Of a DNA stretch of 64,000 nt, positions 38,075 through 48,001 are shown one piece after another. A program made the translations under genes and the position numbers. The notes under the pieces were generated by a model. The model was not told where the DNA came from and did no database searches. It worked only from the letters and a program-made list of their open reading frames with translations. This DNA is from Clostridium sp. AM49-4BH (GTDB lineage Bacteria > Spirochaetota > Spirochaetia > Sphaerochaetales > Sphaerochaetaceae), in assembly GCA_963626925.1 (NCBI GenBank), contig CAVFZO010000151.1, forward strand, positions 1,308-65,307, given 5' to 3'. Within the stretch, counting starts at the first letter, position 1. Each line of letters opens with the position of its first letter.

Positions 38075-39042
38075 ATGAAGACAATGGAAAAGATGTTGAC
38101 TGGTTTTGACGTAGCCCGCATGGCAGGTGTATCACAGGCATCGGTATCACTGGTTCTCAGAGGAAAGTGGAAAGGGAGAGCCGGCGAAGAGACGGCAAAG
38201 AGGATTCTCGAAGTATGCGACAGGTACAACTACCGCGTGAACTTTGCTCTTCTTCACTCAAGAGCGGTAAGTCACACATCATCGCTCTCGTCGTTCCCGA
38301 CAGCGAAAACCCCTTCTTCAGCCGCATACTCCACTCTCTCAGAGTCAAATCCATTCCTATGGGATATGAGTGCATGCTTGTCGAGACGGCCTCTTCCAAT
38401 ACATGGTGCGACTGCATGGAAGACTCGCTTCTCGGAGGAGAGACTGCCTGTGCCGTCAGCCTCTGCAACAACCTTGAAGCAGTGAGCCGGGCAATTGAAA
38501 GGAGCATTATCTCGGTCGGCGATGAAAAGGAAGGGTCAAAGTGCATAATAATCGATTTCAAGACTGCGCTCAGAGAGGCCGTCTCTCTCCTCACGGGAGC
38601 AGGATACGAGAACATCCTCTACCTCAGATCGATAAATGATTCACCCGGCGTCGTGAGAGTTGAAGCCTTCAACGATGCATGCAGGAAAACGGGAATCAGC
38701 CACGGCTTAATCAGCGCCACCGGACACATCGAAAACGATGTACTTCTTCTCTACTCGAATTAGGAGAGGATCGGGAAAAAGACGGCCCTTCTTCTCGGCG
38801 ACGACCTCTATGCAAAGGACACATACCGCTTTGCCGGAGAGAACGGACTTGCTGTCGGAAAGGACATCGGCCTCATCAGCCTCAACAACACCTACATCTG
38901 CGACTGCTTCAGCCCCCATCTCTCCTCGTTCGGTTTCGACACGGAGAGACTTTTGAGTGCAATAATGGAGATGATTGAAAAGGGAGAAAGCGGCCGCACG
39001 GTGGTGCTCGGCATGCGTCTCAACGACAACAGATCATTCTGA
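38075..39042 (+). pseudogene. LacI-family regulator pseudogene (one frameshift plus one in-frame TAG)
   Basis: The HTH (FDVARMAGVSQASVSLVLRG) lies in the 38075 frame and the core (KSGKSHIIALVVPDSENPFF...) in the 38167 frame, with a shift near 38250-38270. After TAG at 38761-38763 the same frame continues as KKTALLLGDDLYAKD...GLISLNN...SSFGFD... to TGA at 39040-39042. Confidence 0.65.
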
Positions 39043-39180
39043 AAGAGCAGAAGCGGAAAAAGCATAATTGGGCTTATTGAAAGAATAATAAACAAAGAAA
39101 ATATTCCTTAATAGGACTATAATCAACTATAAAGAGTTTTAAAAAGAGCAAAAAAACTGGGTCAAGGATCTTTCTCTCTA

Positions 39181-40119
39181 TCACTGTTTTTCAAGGTAGG
39201 TGAGAATTCTTCCGAGTTCCCTCTCTACTCTATTCCGTTCGACATCTATGAGGGCCCGGCTTCTGCAGCCGCGCTCGAGAATTCTTTCTACAGGGACATA
39301 TATCCTTCCCCTCTCCTCTCCTTCCGTCACGACGGTGAGGGGCGTGGAGAGTGACGTGAAGTATTCGGGATGAAGTGCGGCGACAACGGCCGAAGGATCG
39401 TGGACATATGTGTCAATTCCTCCTGTCGTATTTTCAATGTAGTAGAGAAGCATCCTTCCGAGAATACGGCCCTCTGTCGTTCCCGTTGCAATCCACGACT
39501 CTGCGTCACGCTGCGTCAGCCTTGACCGCTCTGTCACATCAAGCGGGACAGCTGTAATATCGAGTCCGCTCTCGTAGACGATTTTTGCACTCTCCGGATC
39601 CTTGTGGATGTTTGCCTCTGCAAAGCCTGTCACATTGCCCTTTACAGTAAGTGCACCTCCCATGGAAACAACCCTCACTCCGGAGGCGGCGATTGAAGGA
39701 TCGAGAAGAATGGCGGAGGCAAGATTCGTCAGCGGGCCGGCTGCCACGTAGAGAAGGTCTTTTTTTCCCTTAAACATTTCGATGAGCCATTCAATACCGT
39801 CTCTCTTCTCCTCCCTGCGCCTGGAATGAGGAAGAGATACGCCTCCCACACCGTTTTCTCCGTGGATGCGCCTCGATACTCCAGACGGGACATAGTCCCC
39901 CCTTTCAGTAAGGGAGTTTTTCTTTCCGCAGAAGACGGGAACGTCACTGCGGCGGGCAAGAGATAGTATATCAAGGGAATTTCTGCTAGCTTCCTCCGTT
40001 GTCACATTACCGTACGAAGTGAGAACCCCGATCAGATTCAGTTGCGGATGTATTGAAGAAAGAAAGAGCGCTAACGAATCGTCTATGCCTGTGTCCAGGT
40101 CGAGAATGATATCTTTCAT
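39181..40119 (-). CDS. nucleoside hydrolase (IUNH family)
   Basis: N-terminal DLDTGIDDSLAL aspartate cluster. I chose the start at M51 (MKDIILD), 1 nt after the upstream stop. Confidence 0.8.
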   Translation of the reverse strand: MKDIILDLDTGIDDSLALFLSSIHPQLNLIGVLTSYGNVTTEEASRNSLDILSLARRSDVPVFCGKKNSLTERGDYVPSGVSRRIHGENGVGGVSLPHSRRREEKRDGIEWLIEMFKGKKDLLYVAAGPLTNLASAILLDPSIAASGVRVVSMGGALTVKGNVTGFAEANIHKDPESAKIVYESGLDITAVPLDVTERSRLTQRDAESWIATGTTEGRILGRMLLYYIENTTGGIDTYVHDPSAVVAALHPEYFTSLSTPLTVVTEGEERGRIYVPVERILERGCRSRALIDVERNRVERELGRILTYLEKQ

Positions 40120-40120
40120 T

Positions 40121-40876
40121 TCACTGCTTCCAGTCCAGTGTATCTTCGAGCCAGGAGAAGAGAAGATCCAGCCATCCCTGTGTCCTCTCCTGAGGTGTTT
40201 CCACATCGAGAGTACATATCGAAAGTCCGTGCTTCCCTTTCTCGAAGAGATGGTATTCGAACGGGACATGAGAAGATGTCAGAGCACCGGCAAGGAGGAT
40301 TGTATTCATCGGGCTTACAGCTTCATCCTCTGCTGTGTGCCACACGAAAACGGGAGGGAGATTACTCTTTATGTGCTTTTCAAGAGAATAATATTCCTTC
40401 TTTCTCTCATCTCCTCCCGTTAAATTGTACGTCGAGCCGTCATGGCCGAATACACCTGTCGTCACGACAGGATAGCACAATACAAGTGCATCGGCTCTTC
40501 CGTTGCTGAAGTGACACTGCGACGAGAGCGCAAGATGACCTCCTGCGGAGAAGCCGAGAAGGACTATCTGATGCGCTCTGATGTCGAGAGAAGAGGCATT
40601 CTCCCGCAGGAAAACAAGAGCTGCATTGACCTCCGTTTCCGGTTCATGGAGGGCGATGTTCTCCCTTCCGACAGTATAGTCGAGAGTGAATGCCTGATAG
40701 CCCCTGGCAAGGAAGCGCAGCATCACAGGCTCAGTCTCTCTTTTAGAGCGGTGCTCGTACGCCCCGCCTGCAAGGACAAGAACCGCGGGCCGGAGAAAGC
40801 TCTCATCATCCCTCAGCCTTTCGTGCAGAAGGCCGCGGAGAGTCACTCCGGCTATATTCCTTTCAATAGTTTTCAC
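40121..40876 (-). CDS. alpha/beta hydrolase (esterase)
   Basis: GFSAGGHLA nucleophile elbow; 251 aa; 14-nt overlap with the upstream glycosyltransferase. Confidence 0.7.
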   Translation of the reverse strand: MKTIERNIAGVTLRGLLHERLRDDESFLRPAVLVLAGGAYEHRSKRETEPVMLRFLARGYQAFTLDYTVGRENIALHEPETEVNAALVFLRENASSLDIRAHQIVLLGFSAGGHLALSSQCHFSNGRADALVLCYPVVTTGVFGHDGSTYNLTGGDERKKEYYSLEKHIKSNLPPVFVWHTAEDEAVSPMNTILLAGALTSSHVPFEYHLFEKGKHGLSICTLDVETPQERTQGWLDLLFSWLEDTLDWKQ

Positions 40877-42005
40877 CGTATTTCTTCCTGTACTCGAGTG
40901 TATCGTCTATGAGCATCTGGGCAAAATGAGGAGCCGAGAAGTCGACGGGAAGCCTCTGCATCTCTTCATCGATTGAAGCAAGAACCGACGGATCCTTATA
41001 TGCCTTCTCTATGATATCGAGCTTCTCCTCATTGTCGTCGCTTGTCCACCCCACCGGATAGGAGTTGAAGAAGAGCTGTGTCGAACGTCCCATGTACAAG
41101 ACTTCCGATACAAGGAACGGCCTCTTGAGATAGAGCGACTCCATAAGAGAGTTGGCGCCGGCCTTCCCCATCTGGAGATCGCAGGCCATGATGTACTCCT
41201 GGGCGTTGTTCACAAAGCCTCTCATCTCGAGGTCGAACTCGGGATACTTGTGCCTGAAGATGTTGAACTCCGTCTCTGTCGTCCTGCTCTTTCCTCCGAT
41301 TACGACCACCTGTATGTCGAGTCCCCTCTTCACCATGCCGTAGAGCATCTTCGGGCTTCCGATTCCCTCGCCTCCCAGATTCCAGAGAACGGTGAACTTG
41401 TTCTTGAGCGAGAGCTTCTTCCTCGCCTCCTCCTTCGTCATCTTCCTGCTTACTTCGAACTTCTTCGAAAGCGGGAACGGGCAGAGTTTGGTGCGGGACG
41501 GATCCTGCCCCATCTTGATCGTATGTTCAACTCCGATAGTCGTCGGGACATAGCACATCGTGAGTGAGTTGTCGACACCGGCCTTGACCTGGTCGAAGAG
41601 ATCGGCTGCATAGTCATATACGGGGCAGTTCGCACCTATCTTTTTGATGATAGCAGGAAGCAGCGTCGCCCCCATGAAATTCGTCGACACGATGAAATCA
41701 GGCCTTTCCTTCAGAAACCACTTTCTGAAGTGCTTGAGCGCCCTCGGATTGGAACTCAGCATCTTCAGTGAATCATGTGCACTGCGGTTGTTCGAAAGTG
41801 CGTTCACCTTCTTCTCCAGCTTGGGATGATGAAGAAGGTATCTCCAGTATTCCTTGCTTATCTTTCTGAAAAGCGGCATGCGGAATACAAGGAAGAGATC
41901 CTCCACAACAGCCTCATGGCCCATATCGAGCATCGCATCGGCAAGAGCGACAGCCGGAATATAGTGTCCCTTGCCTGCATCAACGTACAAAAAAGCACCT
42001 TTCAT
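40863..42005 (-). CDS. MGDG-synthase/UgtP-like diacylglycerol glycosyltransferase (GT28-like)
   Basis: N-terminal FLYVDAGKGHYIPAVALADAM (G-x-GH motif) and an overall layout like UgtP/MGDG synthases; 380 aa. Confidence 0.6.
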   Translation of the reverse strand: MKGAFLYVDAGKGHYIPAVALADAMLDMGHEAVVEDLFLVFRMPLFRKISKEYWRYLLHHPKLEKKVNALSNNRSAHDSLKMLSSNPRALKHFRKWFLKERPDFIVSTNFMGATLLPAIIKKIGANCPVYDYAADLFDQVKAGVDNSLTMCYVPTTIGVEHTIKMGQDPSRTKLCPFPLSKKFEVSRKMTKEEARKKLSLKNKFTVLWNLGGEGIGSPKMLYGMVKRGLDIQVVVIGGKSRTTETEFNIFRHKYPEFDLEMRGFVNNAQEYIMACDLQMGKAGANSLMESLYLKRPFLVSEVLYMGRSTQLFFNSYPVGWTSDDNEEKLDIIEKAYKDPSVLASIDEEMQRLPVDFSAPHFAQMLIDDTLEYRKKYGENY

Positions 42006-42880
42006 TTACTTTTCCTTCTTAGTAAGCGTAAGACTCTCGTCTTCTCCCCTTTGAACCTCTCCAGGTATTTTCTTATTCCCATACCCCTGAAGAGAACCCT
42101 CCAGAAATAGAAGTAGTACTTCGTCAGAAAAAACAGTGAACTGTAGTATACTATCTTTTCATCCCCCATTTTCAAGCCTAATTCGATGTTTGACAAGTAG
42201 CCGTCCATCTCGTCGAGCGCGCGGGAGGAAAACGGGCCGTGGCTGAGGCCGTGCCTGTTTATTCTGTAGTTGTAGACAGCGGAGGTTACCTTCACAACCC
42301 TCTCTGCCCTCAGAACGACCTGAGGCATCAGGACTACATCCTCGAATATCCTGTCCTCGGGAAATGACAGGCCCTCGAAGAGATCCCTGTCGAAGAGCCT
42401 TGAGTGCGAGTAGCAGAATTCGCCGAAGGGTTTTGTCATGAGGCGCACATATTCCATGCCGCTGCAGACTCTGACTTCCGCCTTTCCTTTCGCCTTTCCC
42501 GGTCTCCTTCCCCTGAAGGGAATGACAGAAGAGGATGCGGCAGAAGCTGATGCCCTCTCCTTTTCAAGATAGAGCGTCTCTATGAAAGAGGGGGAAAGGA
42601 TGTCATCGGCGTCGACAAAGAGGATGAGGGGGCCTGATGCGAGAGAGAGAAGACGGTTACGTGCCGCACCGACTCCTCTGTTATCCTGACGGATGTATCT
42701 TATTCTTTCATCACCGAATGACTGCACTATATCTCCAGTGGCGTCAACAGAGCCGTCATCAAGGACGATTATCTCGATATTCCGCCAGCTCTGGTTCACA
42801 ACGGAGAGAAGAGTATCTTTTATGTACTTCTCTGCGTTGTATGCCGGAATCAGGACACTGACGAGGGGAGTTTTCATCAT
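42002..42880 (-). CDS. family 2 glycosyltransferase
   Basis: VSVLIPAYNAEKYIKDTLLSVVNQSW, VLDDGSVD and FVDADD motifs. Confidence 0.85.
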   Translation of the reverse strand: MMKTPLVSVLIPAYNAEKYIKDTLLSVVNQSWRNIEIIVLDDGSVDATGDIVQSFGDERIRYIRQDNRGVGAARNRLLSLASGPLILFVDADDILSPSFIETLYLEKERASASAASSSVIPFRGRRPGKAKGKAEVRVCSGMEYVRLMTKPFGEFCYSHSRLFDRDLFEGLSFPEDRIFEDVVLMPQVVLRAERVVKVTSAVYNYRINRHGLSHGPFSSRALDEMDGYLSNIELGLKMGDEKIVYYSSLFFLTKYYFYFWRVLFRGMGIRKYLERFKGEKTRVLRLLRRKSK

Positions 42881-45273
42881 TTTCTGTCTCTCTTAGTGAA
42901 AGCCCTGCCGTCGAAGAGTGACTTTATCCAGTCGAACAGGAGTGCAAACGACGGAAGAAAGACCAGGGTCGACAGCATGCACGCAAGGAGCGTGACGCTC
43001 ATCAGAAGTCCGAAATACCGTATGGGGACATAGCTGGCGAAGGAGAGCATGAGCATGCCGCTGACGATGGAGAGCGTCGTGAGGACAATCGGGCGCCCCG
43101 TATTCCTGACGGTTTTTTCCACACTCTCACGAGGAGAGTTCAGCCTCTTCCCGAGGCGCCGGTATCTGAGGGAGAAATGGAGTGCATCGTCCACCCCGCA
43201 GCCCACCGCGATGGAAGAGAAGGAAACCGTGATGATGTCGAAGGGAATCGAGAAGAGGAACATGAAGATGTAATTGAGCATGATTCCCGCAGAAACCGGA
43301 ACCAGAACCAGGAGGCCCTGCGGGAACGAGAGAAGAAAGAGGGATGAGACGATGAGGATCGAGGCCATGCTCAGCACTGTCGATATCTTCTGGTCCGAAA
43401 GAAGGCGCGAGGAGAACTTTGCCGAGATTACAGGATAGCCCGAGATGCTGACCTTCGTTCCCCGGGGAAGAAGTGAGAGCGAGGAGACCATATCGGAATA
43501 GACTTCGCCGACGCTTGTGGCGGTGATGAGGTCCTTCCTGTCCCCGTCCCAGCTCTGGACAGTGATGGTCAGCGTGTTGAAATCGGAGGAGACGACGCTG
43601 CTCATCGAGGGAATTGCAGAGGCATACGAGAGAAGAACCGTACGGAGTATGTTCATCACACCATCGTCTGACGGTATGGAGTACGAGCCGAGAATCTCAC
43701 GGGAAGCGAAGGCTACATACTGCGGAAACGATATGATCTGAAGAACATGCCGGCTCTCTCTGAGATGCTGCTCCCAGGAGAATACCGCCTCGAGGTTCTT
43801 TTTCTCGAGAAAGAAGCCGGACGAGCCTTCGGGGGCCTGAATCGTCACCGTGAAGGGTGTCGTGCCTCCTATCTCCTTCGAGAAGAAACGGCAGTCAATG
43901 CCGAACTCGTCGTCTTCTGCAAAATACGACATGTAGTTGGAGTCGACGCTTATCCTGTCCTTTACGAGGAAGAAGAAGAGTGCGATTACAAAGAAGACGA
44001 TGACAAGAAAAGGCCATATGCGGACGACTGTTCTGCTCCAGAGAGAGACGGCTTTCTGCAGTATTCCCTTTCTCAGTTTCAAGCCCTTCTCCTTCTTCGG
44101 AGGCGGAAGAAGTATGAGCGCCGAGGGAAGGCAGAAGACTGCAAGAAGCGCCGAATAGAAGACGCCGCACGAAACAGAGACGCCGAAGCCGAAGAGTGTG
44201 CCGGAGGGTGCGAACGAGAGGGATAAAAAGCCCAGGATGGTGGTAAGGGCACCCAGCACGATTGTCATTATTATGTGCTTGACAGACGAGAGCACATCAC
44301 GCCCGGAAAGGTAGTACTCGTTGAGTATATGCATGGAGTATGTGCTTCCCAGGATGAGCACGAGGCAGGGAGTAAGGAGACTCAGAAGATTGAGTTCAAG
44401 GCCCAGAAGCGCCATCGTGGAGAGTGTCCAGATAAGGGCCATGACGGAAAGGATGAGGGGCAGGATGACGGCACGCAATGTCCTGAACGACAGGAAATAG
44501 ACGACGACCATCAACATAAGCGCAAGCCCTGCCAGCGTGTACAGGTCCTTCTTCAGAGCCTTTATAACCTCATTGGATATCACCATATTGCTCATGAGGA
44601 TCACCCTTGCGCCCTTCTCTCTCAGAGGCTCGAAGACCTCCGAAAGGCTCTCGAGCTGTTCGCCTGAGGCCTTGTCGGCATAGATGAACTGGAGTATGAA
44701 CGATTTTCCCGATCCCCCGACAAGATAGTACGGGACGACGGGGTCGTTTCCGATGCGCTTTCTGAGCTCTGCAGCCTCCTCGTCAGTCCATAGTGATCCT
44801 TTTCTCGCTCTCATGCTTTCTATTGCCATGTAGCCGTCCTCCCCCTTGAGGGTGAACCAGTCGAGAACAGATTGAGGACGCGCCGAGTCGCGCCTGAGGT
44901 CTATTTCATCAATGCACTTCTCAAGCGTATCGAGGAAGTCTGCATCGTATAGGTTGTCAGAGTAGACGAGAACGTACATCGTCGATGTATAAGTCTCGTC
45001 CTTCTCCACATTCACCGAGTCCGATGCGTAGAGTCCGCTTCTGTAGTCCCGGCTTATGATCATATCTGTATTGATATGGATCTCGTCCGCACTCTCCTCG
45101 GCAAGAAGTGATACCTGTCCCCCGACGCCGCCTTCATAGTAATCGGTGATCTCATCCCACGGAAAGAGGGCCGTGAAGTCTCCCGATAGTACCAGCTTAT
45201 CGAGATTGAGGGCGAAGAAGGCGGTTAGGGCAAGGGCGATGAGGATAATGAGAGCGGCGCCTGTTTTCTTCAT
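42877..45273 (-). CDS. MMPL/RND-superfamily exporter (two 6-TM bundles with large extracytoplasmic loops)
   Basis: 798 aa: N-terminal TM, ~200-aa loop, a TM cluster (residues ~240-400), a second loop, and a second TM cluster (~640-790). This pseudo-duplicated topology is typical of MMPL/HpnN-type transporters. Confidence 0.6.
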   Translation of the reverse strand: MKKTGAALIILIALALTAFFALNLDKLVLSGDFTALFPWDEITDYYEGGVGGQVSLLAEESADEIHINTDMIISRDYRSGLYASDSVNVEKDETYTSTMYVLVYSDNLYDADFLDTLEKCIDEIDLRRDSARPQSVLDWFTLKGEDGYMAIESMRARKGSLWTDEEAAELRKRIGNDPVVPYYLVGGSGKSFILQFIYADKASGEQLESLSEVFEPLREKGARVILMSNMVISNEVIKALKKDLYTLAGLALMLMVVVYFLSFRTLRAVILPLILSVMALIWTLSTMALLGLELNLLSLLTPCLVLILGSTYSMHILNEYYLSGRDVLSSVKHIIMTIVLGALTTILGFLSLSFAPSGTLFGFGVSVSCGVFYSALLAVFCLPSALILLPPPKKEKGLKLRKGILQKAVSLWSRTVVRIWPFLVIVFFVIALFFFLVKDRISVDSNYMSYFAEDDEFGIDCRFFSKEIGGTTPFTVTIQAPEGSSGFFLEKKNLEAVFSWEQHLRESRHVLQIISFPQYVAFASREILGSYSIPSDDGVMNILRTVLLSYASAIPSMSSVVSSDFNTLTITVQSWDGDRKDLITATSVGEVYSDMVSSLSLLPRGTKVSISGYPVISAKFSSRLLSDQKISTVLSMASILIVSSLFLLSFPQGLLVLVPVSAGIMLNYIFMFLFSIPFDIITVSFSSIAVGCGVDDALHFSLRYRRLGKRLNSPRESVEKTVRNTGRPIVLTTLSIVSGMLMLSFASYVPIRYFGLLMSVTLLACMLSTLVFLPSFALLFDWIKSLFDGRAFTKRDRK

Positions 45274-46526
45274 CTCTCCATCCTCCTTTCACGGTATGAG
45301 AAATAGACAACCGAGAGTGAGAGGATGAAGAGCACCTGCTCGCTTCCCCCGATGAAGTAGACGGCGCTCTCGGCAAGGGAGTGCACAAGAAAGAAGAGAA
45401 TGAGGGAAGAAGAGGAAAGAAGGAGTCCCGTATCCCCCATCTTCTCTTTCATCGATGAAAAAGACGAGACGAAGAGGAAGACGGAACCGAAGGTGAATGC
45501 TAGCGCGCTGACGATGCCGTACTCTACAAGAAACTGTATGTAGATGTTGTGCATGAGATGCTTCTCCCCGAGGTAGAGGGCAAGTGAGCTCTTCATGCCA
45601 CGCTCTTCGAGGAGGGCGGCCATGGAGGCGCTGTTTCCTCCGAAGCCGAAGAGGTATTCCTCAGCCTCCATCCTCGAGAGAGTCTCGGTCCAGATTGTCG
45701 TTCTTCCCGATGTCAGCGACGAGAGTGTGAGGCTCGAGAGGGAACGCGAGGAGGAGAGAAGATATATAACCAGAGCCAGAATGCCGAGAATGGAGAGAAG
45801 AGAGACAAGCACAAGTGTTACTCTGTCCCTGCTCCTCAGAAGAGTGAGTGAGAGGAATAAGGCAAGCGCCGTAAGGAGCGCGAAGTAGGAAGTGCGGCTG
45901 TCAGTAGTTCTGAGAGTATATGTAAAGAGAAGTGCGGCCGCCGTCAGTGCCGCATTCGAGAGGACGGACGCCGCTGTGCTCCTTCTCCTTCCCATAAGGG
46001 AGAGTGCGATGATGAGAGACGATGCCGAAACGACGGCAAGGGAGTTTGTCTGGTCACTCAGACCGCTGTATCTTGTCTCGCCTCCCCCTATTCCGAGAGC
46101 AATGCTGAAGACTGTATAGAAGACCGTGTATGCGATGATGAAGACGTAGACGGCAGTCATTATCGTCCCCACTCTCTTTCCGAGTATGATCACCGCTATG
46201 GCCAGCGCCCAGCTCTCGAGGAGAGCAAATGCGGCGACCATCAGCCTCGCGCTGTCGGATCCTCCGATAGCTGACGATACTAGTATGACGGCAGTGAGGA
46301 CGGCAAGCGATGAGGATGCGGGATTACGGCAGTACTCCTTTTCAAGGAAGAACCAGAGGAAAATGAAGAAGAAGGAGACGAGGGCGAGAGAGGCGTCGAG
46401 CACCATGACAAGATAATACAGGTCATGTATCTTCTCGAGATAACCCACGACGACGAATGCATATATAAGGCACTCGGCAGCGAGAATCCACCGGGGGGAA
46501 TATCTTCCTCTTTCCTTCTCAATCAT
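45270..46526 (-). CDS. O-antigen ligase/polymerase-like (Wzy_C) membrane protein
   Basis: 418 aa and polytopic. GRTTIWTETLSRM...YLFGFGGNS resembles the Wzy_C loop motif (R..iW......fG.G). Confidence 0.6.
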   Translation of the reverse strand: MIEKERGRYSPRWILAAECLIYAFVVVGYLEKIHDLYYLVMVLDASLALVSFFFIFLWFFLEKEYCRNPASSSLAVLTAVILVSSAIGGSDSARLMVAAFALLESWALAIAVIILGKRVGTIMTAVYVFIIAYTVFYTVFSIALGIGGGETRYSGLSDQTNSLAVVSASSLIIALSLMGRRRSTAASVLSNAALTAAALLFTYTLRTTDSRTSYFALLTALALFLSLTLLRSRDRVTLVLVSLLSILGILALVIYLLSSSRSLSSLTLSSLTSGRTTIWTETLSRMEAEEYLFGFGGNSASMAALLEERGMKSSLALYLGEKHLMHNIYIQFLVEYGIVSALAFTFGSVFLFVSSFSSMKEKMGDTGLLLSSSSLILFFLVHSLAESAVYFIGGSEQVLFILSLSVVYFSYRERRMER

Positions 46527-48001
46527 CGCTTTTTCCTCCCCAGAAGCACCCTCCGGGGAGAGGGAGAGAGAAGAAGCCAGAGAGCGAGAGCAGAAATACA
46601 GAGAGCAAGGGCAGAGGGAATCCTCGACCAGGAAAGGTTATCTGCCGTCAGGTACCACACGACGACAATGGTGATCATGCCGAATGCCATGAGAGCAGCC
46701 TCCTCGGCACAGAAATCCCATTTCTCCTCATAGAGAGCTCTCTCGAGAACTGTTCTGTTCTCCCTCCAGAGGACGATGAGTATATATGAAGCTGCAAATG
46801 CCACAGGTATTCCGACAAGTCCCATAAGACGCGAGAGCATAAGCGAAAGGACAAGGGCCGCAAGAACCTCGAAGAGGGCCTTCTTCCAGTCCCCGCTGTA
46901 TATTCCCGCGGCGTCGCGGAAAACGATGGCCGTCGTTCTGAACGAGGAAAGAAATACAAGGAATGCAAAGACTGCATCATATCCGCCGCTCAGAAGATAC
47001 TCCTCCCCGAAGGAAAGCATTATGTAGGGAGTGTAGAGAGAGAGGGCGAGAGAGGCGGCGGAGAGGGAGAGAATGAAGTTAAGGTAGACGCTCTTTTTGT
47101 AGAGAGCAAGATTTTCATCCCTCGTTCCTCTGAGGTAACTGAGGGTTATGGTCGGAGTGACAGTCGAATTGTAGATCCAGAAAGGAGTGAGGAAAGCCGA
47201 CGTCACCAGAAGGTAGTTCGAGTAGAGCCCCGCCACTCTAGAACCGAAGAGAAGACTCACGAGAACGGGTTCTAGCGAGCGGTAGAAGACGTAGCTGCTT
47301 CTGTGGAATGTCATTCCGAGAATACTGCGTCCGCTAAGCGGACCGGAGCCTCTTCTTCCTTTTCCCCTGCAGAGATGAGGATAATCCCGTCCCGCTTTGA
47401 GATAGAGAAGAAGATATGTGGCGAATGTCAGGCCCGAGAAGACAGATACATACAGGAGGTAGTTCTCAGTCCTGATGATGACAAGTATCAGGAGAAGATT
47501 CTGCACTATCCTGCCCGTCTGGACGAAGATGGAGACGATGTAGTTACGCTGCATTGCGCTCAGGAGAAGCACTCTCGAGCCGAAAAAATACTGCCCGAGC
47601 TCCCCTGAAAGGTAGATCAGGAAGAAAAGCGTCACCCTCCATTCTCTCTCCCCGCTCAGAACCGGCATCAAAAGTGATACGGCAAGGCCGAGTGTGAGTA
47701 TGACAAGCGCCGAAATACGGCAGTAGTGTGAGGTCGTAGCGAGAGAGGAGCGTATTTCATCATCATCCGAGCCGTTGAGAGCCGACATCAGGTAGTTCAT
47801 GAGGTATGTCGTCACGCCGATGTCGAAAGCCGAGAGAATGAGGAACGTGTTCTCGAAGAGGCTGTTGAAGCCGGCATAGACAATGCCCATCCTCGAGACG
47901 AGAACGATGCGTTCGGCATACATGCCAAAGGCGCTGAGAAGCGCAAGCGCGATTCCCGTTATATAATTCACCCCTGCATTTCTGCGCTCTCTCTCACTCA
48001 T
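46523..48001 (-). CDS. Wzx-like oligosaccharide flippase / polysaccharide biosynthesis protein
   Basis: ~490-aa polytopic protein (~12-14 TM) within the glycosyltransferase cluster. I chose the start at M45 (ATG 48001), overlapping the upstream stop by 8 nt. Confidence 0.55.
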   Translation of the reverse strand: MSERERRNAGVNYITGIALALLSAFGMYAERIVLVSRMGIVYAGFNSLFENTFLILSAFDIGVTTYLMNYLMSALNGSDDDEIRSSLATTSHYCRISALVILTLGLAVSLLMPVLSGEREWRVTLFFLIYLSGELGQYFFGSRVLLLSAMQRNYIVSIFVQTGRIVQNLLLILVIIRTENYLLYVSVFSGLTFATYLLLYLKAGRDYPHLCRGKGRRGSGPLSGRSILGMTFHRSSYVFYRSLEPVLVSLLFGSRVAGLYSNYLLVTSAFLTPFWIYNSTVTPTITLSYLRGTRDENLALYKKSVYLNFILSLSAASLALSLYTPYIMLSFGEEYLLSGGYDAVFAFLVFLSSFRTTAIVFRDAAGIYSGDWKKALFEVLAALVLSLMLSRLMGLVGIPVAFAASYILIVLWRENRTVLERALYEEKWDFCAEEAALMAFGMITIVVVWYLTADNLSWSRIPSALALCISALALWLLLSPSPRRVLLGRKKR

